Below are positions 47,821 to 59,708 of a DNA stretch of 64,000 bases, in pieces. The DNA comes from Planctomycetota bacterium (GTDB taxonomy: Bacteria; Planctomycetota; UBA1135; UBA2386). How positions within the stretch are numbered: position 1 is the stretch's first letter; every line of letters starts with the position of its first letter. The notes beneath the pieces are model-generated. The model did no database searches, was not told where the DNA came from, and worked only from the letters and a program-made list of their open reading frames with translations. Location: positions 7,552,001 to 7,616,000 of the forward strand of contig OZ245006.1 in NCBI GenBank assembly GCA_965223545.1, read 5' to 3'. The translations under genes were made by a program, and so were the position numbers.

Positions 47821-49353
47821 ATGCGCAATCTCTCGAGCTTCGTGTGCGGCCGCTGGCAGGAGGGCCAGGGGACGCTGAGTGAACTCGTCAACCCCGCGAC
47901 CGAGCAGCCGCTCGCGCGCTGTGGAACCGGCGGGGTCGACTTCGGTGCCGCGCTGGCGCACGCGCGGTCGGTGGGTGGGCCGGCGCTGGTGGCGATGTCG
48001 TTCCAAGAGCGCGGTGCCGCGTTGAAGGCGATGTCGCAGGCGGTGCACGAGTGCCGCGAGGAGCTGATCGAGCTGGCGGTGGCCAACGGCGGCTGCACCC
48101 GCGGCGATGCGAAGTTCGACATCGACGGGGCAACGGGCACGCTGGCGGCCTATGCGCACTACGCCAAGGCCCTGCCCGAGCGGCCGTATCTGGTCGATGG
48201 CGACGGCGTGCAGCTCGGGCGGACTGCCCGGTTTTGGGGGCAGCACATCTGGGTGACGCGACCCGGTGCCGCGGTGCACATCAACGCGTTCAACTTCCCG
48301 GCCTGGGGAATGATGGAGAAGTTGGCCTGTGCCGTGCTCGCGGGGATGCCGGTCATCGAGAAGCCGGGCACGCCGACGGCGCTGGTGGCCTGGCGCGTGG
48401 CGCAGATCGGCATCGAGTGCGGCGCGCTGCCCGAGGGCGCCTACCAGTTCCTCTGCGGCAGCGCCGGGGATCTGCTCGACCACCTCGGCCCGCAGGACTG
48501 CTTGGCGTTCACCGGATCCTCCGCGACCGGCGCTCGTTTGCGCGGCCACGAGACGGTGGTGCGCAACAACGTCCGCGTCAACATCGAAGCCGACTCGCTC
48601 AACGCGGCTGTGTTGGCGCCCGACGTCGAGCTCGGTTCCGAGACGTTTGCGCTGTTCGTCCGCAACATCGTCCTCGACATGACGCAGAAGACCGGGCAGA
48701 AGTGCACGGCAGTGCGGCGCATTCTGGTGCCGGAGGGGATGGTTGACGAGGTGCGCGAGGCGGTCGTCGATGGTTTGCAGCGGATTCGGGTCGGTGATCC
48801 CAAAGATGCCGACGTGCGCATGGGGCCTTTGACCAGTGCCTCGCAGCTCGACGAAGTGCTGGCTGGAATCGGGCAGCTGGCCGCGGGCGGGGCGACCGCG
48901 TGTGGTGGGCCTGAGCGTCTCGCCCAGCCCGGCTATTTCGTTGCGCCGACTCTGATCGTCGCGACCGACGCGTCGGCCGATGTGTACCACGCGTTCGAGG
49001 TCTTCGGACCGTGTGCCTCGGTGTTGCCGTACGACGGCAGCGCGGACACGGCTGCCGCCCTCACCGTACGCGGCGGCGGTGGCTTGGTGTGCAGTGTCTA
49101 CTCCAACGACGTCGCCTGGACCGAGCAGTTCGTGCACGCGGTTGCCCCATGGCATGGGCGGGTCTGGATCGGCAGCGAGAAGTCGGCTGAGCAGGCCTTG
49201 CCGCCGGGGATGGTGTTGCCGGCGATGGTGCACGGCGGACCGGGGCGCGCGGGCGGCGGCGAAGAGCTCGGTGCCGAGCGCGGTTTGCACTTCTACATGC
49301 AGCGCACTGCCCTGCAGGGATTCCGCGGCACGCTCGAGAAGAGCTTCGGCTAA
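47821..49353 (+). CDS. Aldehyde dehydrogenase of the PaaZ-N / BoxD (3,4-dehydroadipyl-CoA semialdehyde dehydrogenase) family
   Basis: HINAFNFPAWG, FTGS, EADSLN, KTGQKCTAVRR, EVFGP, HGGPGRAGGGEELG; no C-terminal MaoC domain. Confidence 0.88.
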   Translation: MRNLSSFVCGRWQEGQGTLSELVNPATEQPLARCGTGGVDFGAALAHARSVGGPALVAMSFQERGAALKAMSQAVHECREELIELAVANGGCTRGDAKFDIDGATGTLAAYAHYAKALPERPYLVDGDGVQLGRTARFWGQHIWVTRPGAAVHINAFNFPAWGMMEKLACAVLAGMPVIEKPGTPTALVAWRVAQIGIECGALPEGAYQFLCGSAGDLLDHLGPQDCLAFTGSSATGARLRGHETVVRNNVRVNIEADSLNAAVLAPDVELGSETFALFVRNIVLDMTQKTGQKCTAVRRILVPEGMVDEVREAVVDGLQRIRVGDPKDADVRMGPLTSASQLDEVLAGIGQLAAGGATACGGPERLAQPGYFVAPTLIVATDASADVYHAFEVFGPCASVLPYDGSADTAAALTVRGGGGLVCSVYSNDVAWTEQFVHAVAPWHGRVWIGSEKSAEQALPPGMVLPAMVHGGPGRAGGGEELGAERGLHFYMQRTALQGFRGTLEKSFG

Positions 49354-49399
49354 GAGGCGCGGCCGGGCTTCGTGTGGGATGCGCGCCACCGCGCCCGGA

Positions 49400-49428
49400 T
49401 TGACGGTCGACCGGTGACGCTGTAGATC
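49400..49428 (+). promoter_or_regulatory. Sigma-70-like promoter TTGACG-N17-TAGATC
   Basis: Near-consensus -35 and 17-nt spacer upstream of RBS AAGGAG (49461). Confidence 0.45.
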
Positions 49429-49474
49429 GGGGGCAACTTGAACGCGTCCATCGCGGCGCTAAGGAGTTCACCTC

Positions 49475-51931
49475 GTGCACGGATCGACGATGCGTCTCGC
49501 CACCACAGCGCTTGCCGGTCTCGCGATCGCGGCGAGCGCGGCGGCCTCGGATCTCAAGCTCGACGGACGCGTTTCCGTCGAGAAGCGAATGGGCGGCCAG
49601 GTCGTGGTCACCGTCACTGGCAACCCCAACTCGGCGGTGACCCTGTTCATCGACGTGAGTGCCGGGCCGACGATGTTCCTCGGTCAGAGCCTGCCGCTCG
49701 GCTTCACCGGGGCGCTCGGCACCTTGGTGGCGGGCAACACCGATGCCAGCGGCCAGCTGACCCTGCCGCTGCCGCTGCCGGCGTCGCCGGCGCTGCACGA
49801 GCTGACGATCTACCTGCTCGCGGCAGTGGCGGATCCGTCCGCGCCGGCCGGGCTCGACTTCAGCAACGGCGCCGATCTGACCTTGGTCGACCGCAACGTC
49901 GAGCTCGCCGGCAACAGCCTCGCGGCGTTTCCGTTCTTCGACTACGTGCGCGCGATCAACGCTGGCGCGAGCGTCGAGCTGGCCATCGATCCCGCGCAGC
50001 TCCCCGAGATCGCCGGCCAATCCGCCGACGTCTACGTGGTGGACTCGAAGACCCGCACGCAGTGGATCGCCGACGGCTCGCTCACCGACGTGGCCGGCGG
50101 TCCGCAGACCGTGGCGTTCACCACCACCACGGTGCAGGCCAACACCATCACGCTGGACAGCGGCGCGCTCGCCGGGCCCGACGCCAGCGCGAGCTCGGGC
50201 GACACGCGCATCGGCGTGGGCTACGACGTCGTCATCGACGTCAATCAGAACGGTCGATTCGACGCGGCGGTCGACTTGATCGACGGCTACGACGACGCGG
50301 TCGCGGGCTTCTACGTGGTGCGCGACACCTCGGCCGGCTCCACTCCCGGCAACCCCGCTGCGGGGCCGCTCGCGGTGAGCGAGGCGATCTACACGGGCGG
50401 GGTGTTCTTGGGTCAAGTCACGTTCTGGCCCACCGACATCGCCAACCTTGGGCAGCTGCCGCTGGTCGTGATCAGCCACGGAAACGGCCACAACTACCAG
50501 TGGTATTCCCACCTCGGCTACCACCTCGCGAGCTACGGCTACGTGGTGATGAGCCACGAGAACAACACCGGCCCGGGCAGCGGCACGGCGGCGCAGTCGA
50601 CGCTCGCCAACACCGATTTCCTGCTCGAGTACCAACACGTGATCGGCGGCGGCGCGCTCAACGGCCACCTCGACACCAGCCGGATCATCTGGATCGGCCA
50701 CAGCCGCGGCGGCGACGGCGTCGCGCGGGCCTACGACGATCTGTTCAAGGGCGTGGTGACGCCGACCCACTTCTCGATCGACGACATCGTGCTCGTCGAC
50801 AGCATCGCGCCGGTCGACTTCGGTGGGTTCGAAGGCGCCAGCCCGGTGTTGGCGGGCACGTCGGGCTCCCACCCGCACGACGCCAACTTCCACCTCTGGG
50901 TCGCCCAGGCCGACGCGGACGTCAACGGTTGCGCGTCGTCGGCGACCCTGCAGTGGTACCACCTCCACGACCGCGCGACCGCGCTGCGGTCGTCGACCTC
51001 TCTCTACGGCGTGGGCCACGGCGACTACCACAACGGCAACGCCAGCTCGGTCGCCTCCGGACCGGGCCTGATCGGCCGGTCGACGACGCACCTGATCATG
51101 CTGGGCTACATCCTGCCCCTGCTGAAGCACTACGTCGAAGGCGACGTGCCCTCGCGTGACTTCCTGTGGCGTCAGTACGAGTCGTTCCGGCCGATCGGTG
51201 TGCCGATCATGCCCGGCCTCGTCGCCAACCTGCTGTTCCAGGACGACAAGGCGTCGGGCAAGTTCATCATCGACGACTTCCAGGACATTCTCACCGGCGG
51301 CGCTTCGCCGGCGGTGGCGAGCTCGGGAGCCCCGGTGACGCGCACTACGCCGTCCTACGTCGAAGGCACGATGGACGACAGCGACCGGTTCTTCTCGCGC
51401 AACGCGGCGGATCCGTTCAACGGGTTCACGATGGACGACGATGGCGGCACCGGCCCGTTCCGTTCGGAGAGCTTCGGCAGCGTGTTCAGCGTCGACGGCA
51501 CTGGTGATTTCGACATCACCTACGACGTGTCGGCGACGGTGCCTCGCTTTGCCGACTACGAGTACCTGTCGTTCCGCGCGGCGCAGGGCACCCGGCACCC
51601 GCTGACCGAGGCGTTGCTCGCCGACCTGACGTTCACGGTGACGCTCGAGGACCAGGACGGAGTGCAGAGCTCGATCGACTTCAGCGCCTACGGCGCGGGC
51701 ATCGAGCAGCCCTATCTGCGTCCGGGGTGCACTGCCGGCGGCGCGCCGCCTCCCAACGTCGGTTGGAACTCCGAGTTCGAGACGATCCGCATCCGCATCG
51801 ACGATTTCCTGCAGAACGGCAGTGGCCTGGATCTGACGGCGATCTCGAAGCTGATCTTCAACTTCGGCCCGTCGTGGGGCTCGTCCGTGGGCCGGATCGG
51901 CCTGGACGAGATCGAGCTGACCGCCAAGTGA
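49475..51931 (+). CDS. Exported multidomain alpha/beta hydrolase (chlorophyllase/cutinase-like core)
   Basis: RBS AAGGAG; signal peptide; PLVVISHG, HLASYGYVV, GHSRGG nucleophile elbow, candidate Asp (DADV) and His (GHGDY); flanking beta-rich domains. Confidence 0.82.
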   Translation: MHGSTMRLATTALAGLAIAASAAASDLKLDGRVSVEKRMGGQVVVTVTGNPNSAVTLFIDVSAGPTMFLGQSLPLGFTGALGTLVAGNTDASGQLTLPLPLPASPALHELTIYLLAAVADPSAPAGLDFSNGADLTLVDRNVELAGNSLAAFPFFDYVRAINAGASVELAIDPAQLPEIAGQSADVYVVDSKTRTQWIADGSLTDVAGGPQTVAFTTTTVQANTITLDSGALAGPDASASSGDTRIGVGYDVVIDVNQNGRFDAAVDLIDGYDDAVAGFYVVRDTSAGSTPGNPAAGPLAVSEAIYTGGVFLGQVTFWPTDIANLGQLPLVVISHGNGHNYQWYSHLGYHLASYGYVVMSHENNTGPGSGTAAQSTLANTDFLLEYQHVIGGGALNGHLDTSRIIWIGHSRGGDGVARAYDDLFKGVVTPTHFSIDDIVLVDSIAPVDFGGFEGASPVLAGTSGSHPHDANFHLWVAQADADVNGCASSATLQWYHLHDRATALRSSTSLYGVGHGDYHNGNASSVASGPGLIGRSTTHLIMLGYILPLLKHYVEGDVPSRDFLWRQYESFRPIGVPIMPGLVANLLFQDDKASGKFIIDDFQDILTGGASPAVASSGAPVTRTTPSYVEGTMDDSDRFFSRNAADPFNGFTMDDDGGTGPFRSESFGSVFSVDGTGDFDITYDVSATVPRFADYEYLSFRAAQGTRHPLTEALLADLTFTVTLEDQDGVQSSIDFSAYGAGIEQPYLRPGCTAGGAPPPNVGWNSEFETIRIRIDDFLQNGSGLDLTAISKLIFNFGPSWGSSVGRIGLDEIELTAK

Positions 51932-51948
51932 GCCAAGGAGCGCACGCC

Positions 51949-52584
51949 ATGAAGACAACCCGTTTGGTTCTCTATGCCGCGCTGGTCAGCACCTCGGTGC
52001 TCGTCGCCGGCTCCTCGCTCTGGTCGCCCCAGCAGGACCCCGAGGTCCGACCGGACATCCCGAGCAATCCGATGGCCGAGGAGGTGCGGCTGGTCGAGGC
52101 GCGCCGCTTCACCGTGGGTGAGAAGATCGTGCACGCCTGGCGGCGCGACGGCCTGCAGTACGACTCCGGCTGGCTGTTGGTGCTCGAGGCCGCGCCCGGC
52201 TTGATCCTGCCGCGGCAGACCTACGAGCCGGTTCTCTACGTCGGCGCCCAGACCGCCGATCGAGTGCACGCGTCGGAGCAGTCCGGTCGCGTGGTCGCGA
52301 TCGTGCCGGGCGACTTCCTGCTGACCGATGTGCCGATCTTCTTCGGTGCGCCGGCTCTGCCCGAGGAGCTGGGCCAGACCGAGATCGATGCCGCGTTGCA
52401 ACGCGCCGTCGACGCCGGCGTGGTGCCGCCGTCGCTGGACGCGGTGGCGCGTGCGGTCGACCCGACGCCGCTGCACGTCGCGGATCATTATCAGCTCCGG
52501 CAGCGTGCGGTCGATTTGGTCGAGAAGCACTCGCCGCAGGCAACCGACTTCATTCGCGGCGCGCGCGCGCCGCTGATTCGTTGA
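51949..52584 (+). CDS. Hypothetical exported/membrane-anchored protein
   Basis: RBS AAGGAG; MKTTRLVLYAALV hydrophobic N-terminus; 17 nt after the hydrolase stop. Confidence 0.78.
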   Translation: MKTTRLVLYAALVSTSVLVAGSSLWSPQQDPEVRPDIPSNPMAEEVRLVEARRFTVGEKIVHAWRRDGLQYDSGWLLVLEAAPGLILPRQTYEPVLYVGAQTADRVHASEQSGRVVAIVPGDFLLTDVPIFFGAPALPEELGQTEIDAALQRAVDAGVVPPSLDAVARAVDPTPLHVADHYQLRQRAVDLVEKHSPQATDFIRGARAPLIR

Positions 52585-52610
52585 GGCCGTTCATTTCAGG
52601 GATCTCCATC

Positions 52611-54434
52611 ATGCAACTCGCCCTTCGAATCGTTCCCCTGGCGCTGGGCATCGCCGCCGTCGCGCCGGGAGGGCTCACCGCGCAATGCGGCACCACCGTC
52701 AGCAGCTCCATCGGCACCGCCACTTGGACGCCGGCGGGCTCGCCCTACTGCGTCACGGCGCGGATCAACGTGGGCTCACTCACCATCCAGCCCGGCGTGG
52801 TCGTGCGCCTCAACACCGGCGCCTCGCTGAACGTGTCGACCAGCCTGCAGGCGGTCGGCACCGCGCAGCAGCCGATCGTGTTCCAGGCCTCCGCGTCCAA
52901 CCAGCGCTGGCGCGGGATCAGCTTCAGCGGTGCGGCGGCGACGGCGCAGCTGGCGTTCTGTCGTTTCTCCGGCACCGGCGGCACGCCGGCGCTGAACTTC
53001 ACCGACACCGTGCCCTCGATCAGCGACTGCTCGTTCACCGACAACCGCAGTGGCTGTGTGTCCGCGAACTTGGCGGCTGGCGACTTGGTGTTGTCCAACT
53101 GCTTGTTCGACGACACCGGTCCGGTCGGCGGGGCGGTCGCCGCCACCCTGGCGACCGGCAACCTCATCGTGCAGGACTGCACGTTCACCGAGAACGACGG
53201 CAACTCTTCGGGGATGGCGATCGAGGCCGTGCTCGCGCAGGGTGATCTGTCCGTCTCGGACTGCGACTTCAGCGGCAACAGCTCGCGCACTCACGGCGGG
53301 GCGATCTACGCCGATGTCGGCGGAACGGCCACCATCGCGCGGTGCACGTTTACCGGGAACAACGCCGATGCGCTCAATCGCACCGCCGAGCCCGCCGGTG
53401 GCGCTTTGTTCACGATCGGTGATGCGGTGGTGACGCAGTGCCGCTTCGACGGCAACTGGTCGCGCGGCCGGCGGACCGACAACACCGCGCTCGGGCGCGG
53501 CGGCGCGATCTACGCCGCGATCGGCAGCCTCACCTTGGACAACACGCTCTTCAGTGGCAACCGAGCCGAGGCGGCGTACCAGAACGCGACCTTGGCCGGC
53601 AGGGCGCGCGCCTTCGGCGGGGCGGTGTTCGCGAGCTTCGCTTCGCTGACTGCGACGAACTGCCTGTTCACCGGCAACTTCACCACCACGAGCGGGACGA
53701 CGGACACCGATGATCGGGGCGCGGGCATCTTCGCCGAGGCGCTGCCGGTGTCGCTGACCAACTGCACCGTGGTGCGGGGTGCGACGCTCTCCAACCAAGA
53801 CGCCGGCGTCTACTTCGCCGGCGGCGCGCACACGATCGTCAACTCGATCTTGTGGTTCAACGAAGGCGCGCAGATCGGTGGTGGCGGCAGCGTGACCGTC
53901 GACTACAGCAACGTCGAGGGCGCGCAGCCGCCCGCCGGTATCGGCAACCTCAACGTCGACCCGATGTTCGCCAACGGCACCGGCAGCTGCGACATCATCG
54001 TCGCCGGCTCGCCGTGCGTCGACGCGGGCGATCCGGATCCGGTGCACAACGACGTCTGCTTCCCGCCGTCGCTGGGTGGCGCGCGCAACGACATGGGCGC
54101 GCACGGAGGGCCGCAGGCCTGCCAGTGGGCCGGGGTCGGTGGCTTGCAGCTGGCGCCGAACGCGACGCAGCTGTCGACGCCGGCGCCGCTGACGCTGACC
54201 TTGACGAACGGTGTGCCCGGGGCTCCGGCCGCGTTCTTCATCGTCGCGGTCAACGGCACGCCGTTCCTCGCGGGGTTGCCGTTCGTCATCACCCTGTGTC
54301 CCGACCAGAGCGGCAGCCTGACGGTCAACGTGCCGGCGACCACGCCGGGCAACTCACTCGGGTTGCAGGGCTACTCGCTCGACACGAGCGGCGGCATCTC
54401 CGCCTCGAACGTGGTCACCGTGACGTTTCAGTAG
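52611..54434 (+). CDS. Exported right-handed parallel beta-helix protein (Pmp-like repeats)
   Basis: Signal peptide; repeated CxFxxN...GGAI/V motifs; NSILW, DPMF, SPCVDAGDP, DMGAHGG cap; C-terminal beta module. Confidence 0.85.
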   Translation: MQLALRIVPLALGIAAVAPGGLTAQCGTTVSSSIGTATWTPAGSPYCVTARINVGSLTIQPGVVVRLNTGASLNVSTSLQAVGTAQQPIVFQASASNQRWRGISFSGAAATAQLAFCRFSGTGGTPALNFTDTVPSISDCSFTDNRSGCVSANLAAGDLVLSNCLFDDTGPVGGAVAATLATGNLIVQDCTFTENDGNSSGMAIEAVLAQGDLSVSDCDFSGNSSRTHGGAIYADVGGTATIARCTFTGNNADALNRTAEPAGGALFTIGDAVVTQCRFDGNWSRGRRTDNTALGRGGAIYAAIGSLTLDNTLFSGNRAEAAYQNATLAGRARAFGGAVFASFASLTATNCLFTGNFTTTSGTTDTDDRGAGIFAEALPVSLTNCTVVRGATLSNQDAGVYFAGGAHTIVNSILWFNEGAQIGGGGSVTVDYSNVEGAQPPAGIGNLNVDPMFANGTGSCDIIVAGSPCVDAGDPDPVHNDVCFPPSLGGARNDMGAHGGPQACQWAGVGGLQLAPNATQLSTPAPLTLTLTNGVPGAPAAFFIVAVNGTPFLAGLPFVITLCPDQSGSLTVNVPATTPGNSLGLQGYSLDTSGGISASNVVTVTFQ

Positions 54435-55215
54435 ATGAGCGCCGCCGCCACCAGGCGGCGGCGACCATGCACGGGAACACGACCAGGTTGTTGGCGTAGC
54501 GGCGCCACAGCCGCCGTGGCTCGCACACCAGGCGCCACAGCCACTCCAGGCCGCAGCGCTGCATCCAGCGCGGCGCGCGCCGCACGGTGCCGGCGACGAA
54601 GCTGAAGGTGACGCCGACCGCCATGATCGCGCGCGCGCGCACCAGAGGGCGCAGCTGCATCATCAGCCGCTCCTGCTTGGGCGAGCCGAGGCCGATGTAG
54701 AGCAGGTCGGGGTCGGCGCGGTTGATGCGTTCGACCATCGCCTCGACGTAGTCCGCGTCGTTCTCGAAGCCGAACGGCGGGCAATCGATTCCGCACAGGC
54801 CGTCGCTACCGGCCTCCGCCGCGATCACCGCGGCGGCGCGCTCGGCGTCGCCCGGCGTGCCGCCGAGAAAGTAGTAGCGCAGGCCCCGTCGTGCGGCTTC
54901 CACCGCACTGCGCGGCATCAGGTCACTGCCGGCGACGCGCTCCGGCAGGTCCTTGCCGAGCAGGCGCGAGGCCCACACGAGCGGCTTGCCGTCGGCGATC
55001 ACCAGGCTGCCCGTGGCGCAGAGCTCGATAAACTCGGAGTCGTGCCTGCCGCGAACGACGTGGTCGACGTTCGGCGTGAACACGAGGTGCGGCGCCCCGT
55101 CCTGCCGTCGTGCCAGAGTGAGGAGGCGTTCGGTTGCCTGCTCGAGTGTGACCGCGTCGAACGAGACGCCGAACAGCTCGACGCACCGGCCTCGGTCGGG
55201 CGGGAGTGGGTTCAT
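54415..55215 (-). CDS. WecB/TagA/CpsF-family glycosyltransferase
   Basis: [51 protein letters not shown]. Confidence 0.93.
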   Translation of the reverse strand: MNPLPPDRGRCVELFGVSFDAVTLEQATERLLTLARRQDGAPHLVFTPNVDHVVRGRHDSEFIELCATGSLVIADGKPLVWASRLLGKDLPERVAGSDLMPRSAVEAARRGLRYYFLGGTPGDAERAAAVIAAEAGSDGLCGIDCPPFGFENDADYVEAMVERINRADPDLLYIGLGSPKQERLMMQLRPLVRARAIMAVGVTFSFVAGTVRRAPRWMQRCGLEWLWRLVCEPRRLWRRYANNLVVFPCMVAAAWWRRRSSTETSR

Positions 55216-55433
55216 GCCGGACGGCGAACCCGGGTCTGGGGCCGCGTCTGCGGGCGGCGACGCCACGGGTGGCGGGGGTTGCGAGTCGGTGGAAGGCACG
55301 GTTTGGCGCACTGGGTGTGCGCCAGGGACATCGGCTGCCGGCGGCCTGTGCCTTGATGTGGCGCAGGTGTGCTCCTGGGCGTCGCGGCCGTGGTGTGCTG
55401 ACGGAGGCATGCGGGTGGACTAGGCTCTGCGGC

Positions 55434-57553
<2,120 letters not shown>

Positions 57554-57563
<10 letters not shown>

Positions 57564-57859
57564 TCGAAGTAGAGATCGACGAAGCGCTGCACTTCGTCCG
57601 CGGTGGCCGTGTCGAGCGCGTGGCGGTCGGTCGCGTCACCGATCGCGGTGCGCAGCTGGCGCAGGGCGGCGGTTTCCAGCAGGAACGCCGGAAACGCCTC
57701 GCCCGGATGTGGGGGCTCGACCATGGCGCGCAGCCGTGGTAGCCAGGCCTGCTGCGCGTGAGAGGAGTTCTGCAAGAGGAGCCGCCGCGCTTCGACGTCG
57801 AGGGCCCAGGGATCGTCGATGGACTCCAGCGACGGCACGGTGGTGGGGGGAACGGTCAT
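57554..57859 (-). CDS. Hypothetical protein (101 aa)
   Basis: Protein-like helical composition at the end of a long ORF; fills the gap between YyaL and the GNAT. Confidence 0.55.
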
Positions 57860-58036
57860 GGGTGGGGGACACCGGTCGAATGGGTCGGTTCCGACCCACC
57901 GCTTGCATCGAGCCCTGAGGGTCGGGGACTTGAGCCTGGCCGGGCGGCGGCGGTGTTTGCGGATCCGCGCGCGATCACCCAAGATCAACGCAGGCTTGGC
58001 CGGCGGGTTGGCCGCCGCCAGCGTTCGCGAAAGCCC

Positions 58037-58870
58037 GTGTCCACGTTCTCCAGCTTCACGTCCCGCTTGCTGTCGCCGGCCGAGCGCGCGGCCGCGGAGG
58101 CGATCGCGGTGCGCGCGGGTGCGCACGGGGTCTACGTCGGCAACCGGTTGGCCGGAGATCGGGTGTCGAGCGAGAGTGGTTGCATCCTCGGGCTGTACTC
58201 GGATGACGCGTTGGCCGGGGTGGCCTTCTTCGGCGAGCGCGGCAACCTGATTCTGTTGCAGGGCGGCGACCTGGATCCGCCCGCGGTTGCCGACGCGGTG
58301 CGCGACAGCGGCTTGGCGTGGCGCATCGTCCTGGGGCCGGAGTCGTGGGTCGGCGCGCTGGCGGCGCGCGAGGCACAGGAGCCCCTCGTGCACCGGCGCC
58401 AGCTGTACTACGCGGTCGACGCCGCGGCCGCGGTGGACTTGCCGGCCTCGGCGGCCGTGCGCGCCGCGGGTCGGCGCGACCAGTCGCGGCTGATGCAGGC
58501 CGCGCTCGACCTCAACCTCGTCGACCTGTGCGTCGACCCGGCGCGGGTACACCGCGCTTGGTTGCGCGACGCGATCCGCCGGCGCGTGCGCGCCGGCCAG
58601 ACTTTCGTCATGGGTGAGCCGGGCCAGCCCACGTGCAAGCTCGACATCGGCAGCGCCGGTTCGTTCGGCGTCGTCATCGAGGGCGTCTACACCTTCCCGG
58701 AGGAACGCGGACGGGGGCTGGCGACCGCGTTGGTCGCCGGGGTGGCGCGCGCCGCGGACTCGCCGCTCGTCTGTCTGCACGTGGCGGAATCCAACCGCGC
58801 GGCACGCCACGCCTACGAGTCGGCCGGCATGCGGTCGCACGGCGTGCTCGGTTTGCTGCTGCGTTGCTGA
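58037..58870 (+). CDS. GNAT-family N-acetyltransferase
   Basis: GVYTFPEERGRGLA acetyl-CoA motif; LHVAESNRAARHAYESAG. Confidence 0.88.
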   Translation: MSTFSSFTSRLLSPAERAAAEAIAVRAGAHGVYVGNRLAGDRVSSESGCILGLYSDDALAGVAFFGERGNLILLQGGDLDPPAVADAVRDSGLAWRIVLGPESWVGALAAREAQEPLVHRRQLYYAVDAAAAVDLPASAAVRAAGRRDQSRLMQAALDLNLVDLCVDPARVHRAWLRDAIRRRVRAGQTFVMGEPGQPTCKLDIGSAGSFGVVIEGVYTFPEERGRGLATALVAGVARAADSPLVCLHVAESNRAARHAYESAGMRSHGVLGLLLRC

Positions 58871-58884
58871 GACCGAGGCGCGTG

Positions 58885-59487
58885 TCAGGGGGAGTCCGCG
58901 CCCGGTTCCCGCAGCCGCTCCGCGAGCGTCGCCAGGCCGCGCGCCACGAGCCCTCGCACGGCGGATTCGGTTACATCGAGGCGCCGGGCGACGTCCGCGT
59001 AGCCGAGCCCGAGCAGCTTGACGTAGGCGATCGCGTCGCGCTGGGCATCGGGCAGCTGCGCAACCGTACGTTCGATCCGGTCCAGCTCCTCGCGCGCGCT
59101 GGCGATCTGACTCGGCGTTGCCACGGGTCCGTAGGCCCGGAGGAGAGCCTGCGTGGCGTGGTCGTCGAGCGGCACGCGCTTGGCGACGTCGCGCTGTGCG
59201 CGGCGGTAGTACTTGTTGCGGTCGAGGATCTTGCGCGTCGCGAGGAGGAACAACCAGCTGCGGAGCTGTGCGTCGCCTCGGTAGTCGATCGCGGACAGGT
59301 GGTCGAGGGCTTCGCGGCAGACCGATTGCACCAGGTCGCCGACCGACTCCTGCTCCTGGAGCATGGCCCCGGCGCGAACGCGGACGAACGCTTGCAACGG
59401 CGGCATGTGCTCGGCGACGAGCTTGGCCAGGGCGGCGCGGTCCCCGCGCTGGGCGTCCACTACGGTTTGTCGGAGACGGTCGGCCAT
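58885..59487 (-). CDS. ECF sigma-70 factor (Planctomycete-type)
   Basis: AQRGDRAAL, ESVGDLVQSV, LRSWL, TPSQ, LGYADVARRLDVTESAVRGLVARGL. Confidence 0.88.
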   Translation of the reverse strand: MADRLRQTVVDAQRGDRAALAKLVAEHMPPLQAFVRVRAGAMLQEQESVGDLVQSVCREALDHLSAIDYRGDAQLRSWLFLLATRKILDRNKYYRRAQRDVAKRVPLDDHATQALLRAYGPVATPSQIASAREELDRIERTVAQLPDAQRDAIAYVKLLGLGYADVARRLDVTESAVRGLVARGLATLAERLREPGADSP

Positions 59488-59708
59488 ACTGTGCCGTCGG
59501 TAGCGCTCCGCGGCCGGGGAAAACGGTATCACAGGCACGGGTAGGTCCGGCCCGGGCTGCAGTGGAGAGCGACGCCCCGTGGGACGGCGTTTGCGGGTTC
59601 TCGACTTTCTCGCAACGCGCTCGCGAGGTTCCGAGTGCATGCCGCGCTCGACCGCGAGCCGGCGTCCCACCGGCGGGTCTTCGCCGCACCCCGCCGCCGG
59701 TGATCGAG

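Noticed and set aside
54415..54434. Convergent 3' overlaps (also 57554-57563) as antisense regulation
   Set aside because: Short tail-to-tail overlaps are common in compact GC-rich genomes.
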